From Camelus ferus (Eukaryota): a stretch of 64,000 nucleotides of DNA. Every line of letters starts with the position of its first letter. The stretch's first letter is position 1. Positions 55,027 through 64,000 of this stretch are shown piece by piece. Both the position numbers and the translations under genes were made by a program. A model generated the notes under the pieces. It searched no databases, was not told where the DNA came from, and worked only from the letters and a program-made list of their open reading frames with translations. The stretch is taken from positions 36,458,001 through 36,522,000 of the forward strand of contig NC_045697.1 in the NCBI RefSeq assembly GCF_009834535.1, given 5' to 3'.

Positions 55027-55058
<32 letters not shown>

Positions 55059-55099
55059 ATATATTTGTGTGTTGGAAAGTGTGTGTGTGTGTGTGTGTG
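55027..55099. repeat. Compound (GT)n microsatellite (two runs, about 55027-55050 and 55079-55099)
   Basis: Direct reading. Confidence 0.95.
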
Positions 55100-56810
55100 A
55101 GAGTATGTCAAGTCTCAAGATGGTCGCCTACAAGATCTTTTGCCCATGTTCTCAATAAAACAACAACAAAAAATCTCTGCACAGTTCCAGACAAACTGAT
55201 ATGAATGGAAGTGTCTAGGCTTTTTTAGTAAAAGGCTGGATCACTTTATTAAGCTCCTTAAATGTCCTCCAACTTGGCCCTCTCATTTGCGCCTCACTGA
55301 TGATCTGCAGACTGCTGCATGGGGCGTTCTGGTTTTAATTACCCAGGCCCAGCCTGAAGGCTTCAGCCCCTCGAGGTGGTCACTGCTCAGAAAGAAAACA
55401 ATTTCACAGCAGCGCTGCACTCTGCGTTTAAGGAAGGAGGCCCCAACAGAAGAGAAACAACCTTCTTGAATTTCTATGGTTTGGTAAGATTTCTTGTACG
55501 TGCAGCCAACAGTTAGAACAGTCTTGGAGTGAGACTTTCATGAGCCTTCCTGCAGCCATTGCCAGTCCTCTGCTGCATCCACAGGGATGGATGGAGGCTC
55601 CCGTGTGCACAGACAAGGCTCACTGCCTTTGTCCAAGCCCAGGTGAGCTCAAGGACCTTGCTCTGTTCTGTCACCTTAACTTGTGTCTGGTTTCCCCCAT
55701 CGTACCCAGGCCAAGAGAAAGTCAAGGTCACCTTCTAAGTAGTCTTGGCAGTTCATTTGCCTGCAAGTGCCAGTTGAAGGCCACAAGAATCAATATCTAT
55801 TATTATGCAACCCTCCCAGGCAGCATAGTTTCCACAGAACTGGGAGGAAGCCATGCGGAGAGTCGCTGATTGCACAGCTCACTGTCCCTCGAGGATGATG
55901 GGCCCTGCCTCGTACTCCACCTCCGAGGCCAGTGGGAATATCAGTGTCTCTACAATAACTGCTTTAAATTCTTGCTCCTCTTATTCCAAAGAATAAGAAT
56001 TTCTTTGCCAGAGAAACAGCTCATGGTGTGTCAAGAGCTGGCCCCTCAGCAACCCAGAAGGGATGGGATGAAACTGTCATCCGAGTATCAGACAGGAAAT
56101 TAGACCAAGGGAGGGATTTCTTATCACTTTTGGCTCATGTTGGACTTCTGTCTGATAAACAACTCTTCCTTCATCCTTTCTTGTCTTCTGAAAATCCCTC
56201 CCCAATATCCTTCCCCTCAACCAAGCCTCAGAGGACAGTCATGCCCAAGGCATTCTGTTCCAACACCTGCCTCCCCTGGAGGGTCTGTGGGTTGGCAGAA
56301 TAACTTAGGGATTTTTTTTCCTTGACGGGCCATTAAGCTATAGAAAATTTACTTTAGAGGAGTAAGTGAATGTGAGCGATTAGATAAAATACAAAATGTT
56401 TTGGTAATTTGCTCTAAAAACAATTTAAGGAGATACATACTCTAGTTTTATGTTTCTGCTACTTAAAGTAGGAGAAAGGGGTAGGAGGAGAGAAAGGGGA
56501 GGTAGAGAAAGGGGAGGACAAGTTAGGAGAAGGAAGAGGAAGGAGGGGAAGACAGACAAAATGATACAGAGAAAGAAATATTCATGCACAGGGAGAATGA
56601 GAAAGACAGAAGGACAAAGACTGATCTCAAATTACAAATCTCATATGAAGTCATATCAACACAATAACTATGAGAAGTGACGGCTCCACATACGTGTTAG
56701 TGTTTTATCCACCCATCCATCCACCCATCTGTCCATCCACTGATCCAATTATTTGCTCACAGGTCATTTTGATTAAGCCCCCCTGATGGCTCCACAGCCA
56801 TGGTCTCTAC

Positions 56811-57013
56811 CTTCAGGATGATGTCTCCTGGCAGCAGCCGGCCATCTCTGGCGACGGCCCCATCACGATAAATGTGCTGAATAATGATATGGACCAGCGG
56901 GGTTTCACTGCCTCCCACAAGCCTAATAGAGAGGCTTTCACTGGGATCTGCTCGATTGATCTTGATGCTGGTAATTTCACCATCTGGAATTAGGTGATAC
57001 AACCTTGGAAAGA
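56811..57013 (-). CDS. LNX1: LNX1 exon (203 nt), first part of PDZ1
   Basis: cattttag| [35 protein letters not shown]...PGDIILK |gtagag; ORF 56757..57026. Confidence 0.97.
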
Positions 57014-59902
57014 CTAAAATGGACAAAGACAGTGTTTATTTAAGACACCCACCCAACCGACATTTCCAACCACTCTTCCTCTTGCCAAACTTTGGTTCCA
57101 GCCAAACTAAACTATTCATCGTTCGCTGTACATGTTTTCCATCTTCCTGCCTCCGTGCCAGCAGAAGTTTCTCTGCCTGGAATGTTTTCCATTCTAGGCC
57201 TGAGCCCAATTTTTCCCTTAAGGCCTGCATGAAATGATCCCTTCCAATTACACTCTACCCTGATCCCTCTCCCCTGCTCTCTAAATATCCCATTTCCCAT
57301 AAAGCTTTCTATTTCCCATGGCACCCTGCCTTCTGTGCTCATTCTTATTCATGCCCATTTCCTATACCCCCTATTTGACTCTAAGATCCTTGAGGACACA
57401 ATTTCTGGCTATTCCGTAGTTCTATGCCCAGATCTCTACACGGGAAACTTCAGTCGGTTTATTGAGTGAGGAGGGATGAATGAACGAATGGTCAATTGGG
57501 GATGGATCACAGTTTGATCACTTACTCGTCAGGGGGCAAAACAGAACAAACCTGTTCTGCTCTCTCAGATCATTTTGAAGACTTCCTCCTGGAAGGCCCT
57601 GCTTTTCAAGCTTAAGGAATCACCAGTCCCCTCTACCCGACCCTGCTGTCAGTAAAGGGAAATCCAACGGCCTGGCTCACAATGAAGCAAAGAGGCCCAG
57701 TTCCAGTTGGTGGCATCAAGAGATTTGTCCCTAGTCTGCCTGAATCGCTGAATTCAGAGCCAAGAGGAGGTCCAGAGATGGAGGTTGGTGTTTTCCAACT
57801 TGACCTTTTCACTGAGGATTCTTCTTTCCCTGTGACATCTCTCACAGGTCCCCCTGGGCCCCCACCTGGAAGAGCTTCTCTAGTTGTGTAGTTTGCTAGT
57901 GACCATCAAAACTTTATGTTACAAGTGAGGAGGTGTGAGCTTGGAGAGGGGAAGTGACAGGACCGGCTGTAGGTGGCAGTTTGGTGGCCCTGAGAGCCAG
58001 GTCAGAACCTGGGGCTCCTGATGACCTGCCCTCCTGTCACCTCCCTCAGATTCCCCCAGAGCCAGGGGTTCACAGCTGGCTACAGTCCCACAGGAGACTT
58101 GCTCCATAGACCTAAAAGCCAGCAGCACCAACTGGCACCGTTCTCCACCTCGATTCGAATAGCAGCACACAGACGGGCACCTGTCGAAGCCGGCAACACT
58201 ACACCCGGTGTGGTGGGAGCTGTAGCTCCTCCCCAGTTGCTCAAAGCTTGAGTTTGGATGCCGAGGGCAGAGATGCTTTTGTCTCCTGTAGCTGATGACA
58301 GCTGCCTTCGCCCTAAGACCCTCCCTTAATTATGTCATCTGGAAAGATCAAAACTGCAGGTCTGGTTCTACATAAAACATTCTTTGTGGTTGTTTTCAAA
58401 ACCCATGACAGTCCATTTTCCCTAATGAACTATGAGCTCATTAACAAGTACTCAACTCTCCAAGAACAATACAGAAAGAATGAAGATCATTTCTAAGTAT
58501 TGTGGATCATGATAAACAAAGCAATTTAGCGACCAGAGGAAGCCTGAGAGGTTGCAAATGTGGGTCTTTAACCCCCACTGGGATTTAATTTAATGTAAGC
58601 AATTGGGCTTTGCTGCACGTCTGTGGGCAGCAGTCTTAATCTGTCAGTTCCTGGTGCTAACAGTACTTGGGTGATCGAGTTCAATTAATGTTTAAACTAC
58701 GTTGATTACATTAAGTGGGCTCTACCCACAAGCATTTGTTGGAACAGGTCTGGTGACAAGGGAATGGAAGTTCTTTAAAAAATCATTTTGAGCAAAGAAA
58801 GATTTGGAAAGAATCAGCAAAGCTGCTGATTTTCTCTCTCTCCTCCCCCTCCCTTTCTAGTCTTTCTCCCAACCGATTTACAAAAACCATGCTCCCAAAT
58901 CTAAACCACTCAAGGACGGCTGAATTGACAGTCTGAAAGGTCACACCCGGTCACACTTGGAAATGATGTTAATTAGAGTCACACCAACAAAACCCTAGGG
59001 ACCTTGAAGAGTTAAAGTCATTTTTAAACTGCCAAACTGGTGCTGGTCTGGAAAGAAACAGCTGTTCAATATTGTGTCCTTACCTAAGGACTAAAAGATG
59101 TAATATTATCAGTTATGAAATGTTTATTATATGCTGGCCATTGAGCTAAGCAATTTGCATGCATTTTTTTGTTTGTTTAGTCCTCACAACAACCTTTTGA
59201 ACTAGATTATTATTATTCCTGTTTTTTTCGATGATGAAATACTAACACTTAGAGAAGTCCAGTAACACGGCCAAGACAAACAGCTGATACAGTGAAGCCA
59301 GGCTCTTCACTGATATGAGAAGAATGGGTAAACCATGCCATAAGAGTTCACCAGACTAAACCACAGGTTACTGGAGCAATGAGACCCTAGGGCCATTTTG
59401 AAAATTTGTTGCCTCACAAATCCTGTGAAGACATCACTACATTAACGTCTCACCCCATTGTGGAGTAATAGCTTCCTGGAGCGCCTGAGCAAATCTGTTT
59501 TCTCCCACTCGAAGCCCACTGCACAGAGAACACGGCTGCCATCTTTGTCTTCCTGAAGCATAGATGTGATCCTGCTCCAACTCTATGCAAAAGCTTCCAG
59601 GTGTGCTCACTGTCCCAAGTCAAGACTCCTAAATGGGATCCAGGATCCTTCTAATCTGGCCTTAACCTCATCTCTCATTACTTTCCAACACACAGTCAAG
59701 ATCCCAATGCCCATCCAGGTCATAAACCACTCCTTAAACATGGATTACACTGTCCCTCTTGGAAGTGGTGCTCCTCTCCCTATGGCTCCCATTGCTGTTG
59801 GTTTATATCTCATTCTTCATGGTCTTTTATTTTCTTTCAGTCTTCAATAAACCCCTTGAAGCCAGGAACTGGATTTTGTAACCTATACAAAGTACAGAGC
59901 CT

Positions 59903-60782
59903 AAATATATAAACAGTTCATACAACTCAATATCAACAAAAAAAAACTTGATTAAAAAATGGGCAGAAGACATGAATAGACATTTTTCCAAAGAAGATAT
60001 ACAGATGGCCAACAGGCACATGAAAAGATGCTCAACATTGCTAACCACCTCACATATGTCAGAGTGGCTATCATCCAAGTCTTCAGATAACAAATGCTGG
60101 CAAGGATGTAGAGAAAAGGAAACCCTTGTACACTGTTGGTGGGAATGTAAATTGGTGCAGCCGCTATAGAACACAGTATGACGGTTGCTCAAATAACTAA
60201 AAACAGAACTACCATATGATCCAGCAATTCCATTCCTGAGTGTATATCCGAAGAAAATGAAGACATTAATCTGAAAAGATACATGCACCCCAATGTTCAT
60301 AGCAGCATTATTTACCAAGACAGCAAAGATATGGGAGTAACCTAAAGTGTCCATCAACAGATGAATGGATAAACATGATGTGGTCTGTATATACAGTGGA
60401 GGACTCCTTAGCCATAAGAAAAGGATGGAATTCTGCCATTTGACCTGGAGGGTATTGTGCTTAGTGAAATAAGTCAGACAGAAAAAGACAAATACTGTGT
60501 GTTATCACTTATATGTGGGATCTAAAATATAAAAACAAAACAGACAAATTCACAGGTATAGAGATCAAACTAGTGGTTACCAGTGGGGAGAGGCAAAGGG
60601 GGAGGGACACGATATGGGAAGGAGATTAACAGGTACAAACTATTATGTATAAAACAAATAAGACATAAGGGAACAGCACAGGGAACATAGCCAATATTTT
60701 ATAATAACTTTAAATGGAGTATAATCTATAAAAATATTGAGTCACTATGGTAATATGGTAATTCAACTATACTCTAATAAAA
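59903..60782 (+). mobile_element. 5'-truncated L1 (older subfamily) with perfect 14-bp TSD
   Basis: ORF2 peptide [28 protein letters not shown]...[25 protein letters not shown] at 59889-59902 and 60783-60796. Confidence 0.93.
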
Positions 60783-60949
60783 AAAGTACAGAGCCTGGGC
60801 CAATGCTTTACACACAGTAGTCTCTTAAAAGTTTCTGCAAAAAAACATGCTAATCGAACTTATTTAAGGTGGAGAAAATTTTATATAAAATGAAATTAAA
60901 GAGCCTTTAATAAGAAGTGGAGACCAGCAGAAAGGAAGTTATAATCCTT

Positions 60950-61400
60950 TTATTCATTGCAGAAACATTCAGAGAAGACTATTACGTGCCAGGTACGTGC
61001 TTGGCCTTGGGAACACAAAGGCTCAGATAAGGAACCCCTGCCCTCACTGGTACAGTTACAATGAAAGGTGGCATTGCTATAATAGAGATACAGGTGCTTC
61101 GAGAACGCAAAGGAAAGCGGTCTGAGGGAGTCCGGGAGGGCTTCCAGGAGGAGGCAAAGCCGATGCTGAGCCTGGAAGGAGGAATTAGGATGCCAGCTGA
61201 AGAGGAATGAGAGCACATTTTGGACAACATGGAGGTGAGAGAAAGACACAGTATTTACAGGACCACAGTAAGTTCAGAGTAGTTAGAGGATGTAGTGTGT
61301 GTGTGCAGAGTGGGAGGAGATATATACGTAAGAAGGGGCCTTAAAGGACTGCTCAAAGTTCTCTAAGGGCATGATAAGGACAGTGGTTTGGAATTTATCC
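60950..61400. mobile_element. L2 remnant
   Basis: GGGAGTCCGGGAGGGCTTCCAGGAGGAGG...TGCTGAGCCTGGAAGGA L2 motif; boundaries approximate. Confidence 0.65.
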
Positions 61401-61429
61401 CCTAATCTCAAAGGAGTGGAGGGCATTTA

Positions 61430-61930
61430 ATCCAGTGGGTAGACGAGTGGGCTCTGGAACCAGAGGACCCAAGTTAAAATCCTAGGTCTGCCATCTTCCA
61501 GCTGGGTGACTTCGGGCTAGTAACCCAGCCTCTCTGGGTCTCAGTTTCTTCTTCTGTAAGATGAGAATCATGATCCCTATTCCCTTAGCGTTGTGATGTC
61601 TAAATGACTTTGAGTGCTACCTGGTACCCAGGAAAGCTCCAAAAAATTTTAAGCTATTAATGTGACTGCTCTAAAGTTCTCAGATAAGATTAAAAAAAGG
61701 ACAGGACAGTATTTCCTCAGCTCCATTTATGTTGGGGAAACATACAGGATCTAAGATCCGATAACTTCCTTTGCACACATTACCTGGATTCCAAGTTTAG
61801 GAAGACAATCTGGGGCAAACTAAGTAACCTCCCAGTGCCTCAGTTTCCTCATCTGTAAAACAGGGATAATAAGAGTAGCTACCTCATAAGGTTGTTGTGA
61901 GGATTAAATGAGTTAATGCATGGAAAACAG
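61430..61930 (+). mobile_element. Two MIR SINE fragments (about 61430-61660 and 61815-61930)
   Basis: MIR core TGCCTCAGTTTCCTCATCTGTAAAACAGGGATAATAAGAGTAGCTACCTCATAAGGTTGTTGTGAGGATTAAATGAG. Confidence 0.85.
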
Positions 61931-62266
61931 AACCGCACATCACATGTAGTCCTAACAAGAATACTTGCATAGCATTTACTACATGCCAGAACTACTGTTC
62001 TAAATGCTTTCAACTATAATTATTATTCTTTATATGCATTAAGCTAGCATCTGAAGGTGAGGCTTCCAAAACCTTTTCCCTCAACCTGTGTAAAAAAAGA
62101 ACAATAATTTCTGCTTTTAGTTACTTATGCAAGAAGTAGGCTAACTAAGGTAAAAAAATATGTATGCCCTTGGGAAGAGAGATGTCATAGAAAGAGGGTG
62201 GTGGTCCAGTTGTCATGACCCCTGAAGTCATTCCAGAAGCCCAGCCTTGCAGAGAAGCTCACGTAC

Positions 62267-62419
62267 CATCAGGGACAGTGATGTTTTCAGAATTTTCTCT
62301 GCCCTGGTCGGCTTGATTGGTCACTGTACTTCCACTCTTTGTCCGTCGAAGAACACTCAGCGCTCGATTTATTTTTTTAAAAGATCTGCTTCTGATGGTG
62401 GATCGCTCAAAGGGCCGTG
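62267..62419 (-). CDS. LNX1: LNX1 exon (153 nt), [30 protein letters not shown]...ENITVPD
   Basis: Minus strand tgtcctcag| ... GATG|gtacgt; translated by hand, in frame with neighbours. Confidence 0.95.
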
Positions 62420-62938
62420 CTGAGGACAAGAGAGAAGAGAGGAAGGGTGGCTACACATCCACGAAAGTCCTCTCTCAAGTCCACGGCTGGTAAGACACGC
62501 ACGGTAATAACGGGAACAGGGGTTACCTCTAGGCGGTGGGGTGATAGAATTTGCTAATCTGTATTTTCTCAGTTTTCTACAACGAAATATGGAGGCCTCA
62601 GTTTAAAATCTGCTTTTCTTTGCTTCCTGGGCTGGATGGAATGTAGCAGCACTTCTCCGAGCCACATAGATGGGAAGGTACGGCCACCACTGGAGGGATG
62701 AGTCATTGGCTCTAACTCCCACCCCTTTCACCAAGTCAGATTACACACATTTTTAATCACCCGAGGTCCTCGTGGTTTCATTTCACTTTGGAGAATTGGA
62801 TGCTGGGTTGCTGCCAAAACTACCAGAACGATTTCCCCTTAAAAAAACATTTCTAGAACTTTCCACTGTGACTGTTCTACAGAGGGCAATCCCAAGACAA
62901 AAGGAGCCCATTCCCGGACAAGCACTCCCTTGACTCAC

Positions 62939-63180
62939 CCCTCACTCGGTTGCTCCGGCCAGAGTCCAGTGGGCTGCTTGCTGGCTGCCCGTCCTCCGCT
63001 GTGAACACGTAGGCAGGGTTGTCCAGGCCGGGCTCGTCCGTCATTAAGGAGACGGTGGCAGCCGCAGAAACCTCCGGGGAGAGAGCTGCTGCCGTGAGGC
63101 TGGCACAGCCGTCTGGACAGCCATCCTGGGAGCGCCTCTTCCTGTCTTTGGTCAGGCCGTAGTGGGAGGCACCTTTACAG
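62939..63180 (-). CDS. LNX1: LNX1 exon (242 nt), [20 protein letters not shown]...GLDNPAY...GRSNRVR, carries the Numb-PTB-binding NPAY motif
   Basis: Minus strand ttttgttccag| ... AGGG|gtgagt; peptide in ORF 62877..63302; upstream RING or alternative first exons lie outside the window. Confidence 0.96.
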
Positions 63181-64000
63181 CTGGAACAAAACCAGCGGGA
63201 GGTCAGAGAAGGCCTGGGCTCTGAGCAGGGTTGGCTGTGCTCTCCAAGGACACGTGCTTGCAACCCTTGGAAACTGATTTGCTGGCTCCTGTAGCCCCTC
63301 ATTTCACATGGATGTAACTAAGGATACACTTGCTGACCAAATGAATGAATGATTTGAGAACACGATTGTTAAAAGATGCCTATTGCCTTCTCTTAAAGCG
63401 CACTCTACCCTGGCCCCTGGAATGCAAATTATGAGAATGGTCACGGGGGTCTACAGGGCAGGGGCTTGAGACTGGCAGTCTTCAACTATTTGGATGTGGC
63501 AATTCCTTCTTGCTGTTGTTTGTTTTGACCACAATAGCCCTTAGTCACACTAAGTCCCTTCTTTTGGGTTTAGTTCCCAAACCACTGAACATAAACACAG
63601 AGCTCCTCCCAGATTCCATATTTAACTGTCCATGGAAACAGAATCGCCCTCACTACAAACCACAGGAGTTTGCTCAGTGTCACTACTCTCCAGAGGCAGG
63701 CCTGCTGCCTTCTGTTCTCTACCTCTGGGCTGGTCTCTGAGTGTCCGGGACCAGGGCTGGGGGCACTAAAAATATTCATGTCTTCTAATATTGGGAGAGT
63801 AAAACCACAGTCATGGTCTTTTTAAAAAAAAAATTGTCTCTATCCATTCACCATCCATGTTAAAGAGCAGACCTCAGGGCCAGGAGGCCAAGGTTTGATC
63901 TAGGCCCATGTTTTGCTGAGAGTGCACTTCCATTGCCACTGGGCAAGTAGTCTCAGGCTCAGGTCTTGATCAGAAAATGCAGCTGATTTACCCTCATTGC

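Noticed and set aside
56468..56550. Purine-rich tract with a repeated AGAGAAAGGGG-type unit as a G4/H-DNA element
   Set aside because: Common low-complexity sequence with no further support
59827..60357. Longest ORF in the track (176 aa, minus strand)
   Set aside because: It is the antisense frame of the L1 ORF2 remnant at 59903-60782

Overview
Mammalian genomic DNA, most likely a camelid (two vic-1-type tRNA-derived SINEs and young L1 3' ends resembling camelid L1). Two convergent genes: the 3' part of FIP1L1 on + (a 27-nt micro-exon plus five exons, stop at 24738-24740) and nine exons of LNX1 on - (NPAY motif, four PDZ domains, stop at 26195-26197). The two stops are only 1454 bp apart. 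All exons were placed by GT-AG boundaries and continuous reading frame. The introns hold an apparently full-length, TSD-flanked, disabled CDK1 processed pseudogene, a 3'-truncated tRNA-Met-like retrocopy, and many L1/L2/CR1/MIR/MLT/hAT remnants. Most ORFs in the supplied track are chance or repeat-derived. I found no convincing previously undescribed biological system. The best leads are the two retrocopies, the overlapping 3'-end architecture, candidate intronic polyadenylation in FIP1L1, and two palindromic intronic elements. All comparisons to known genes and repeats are from recalled sequence, not database searches.
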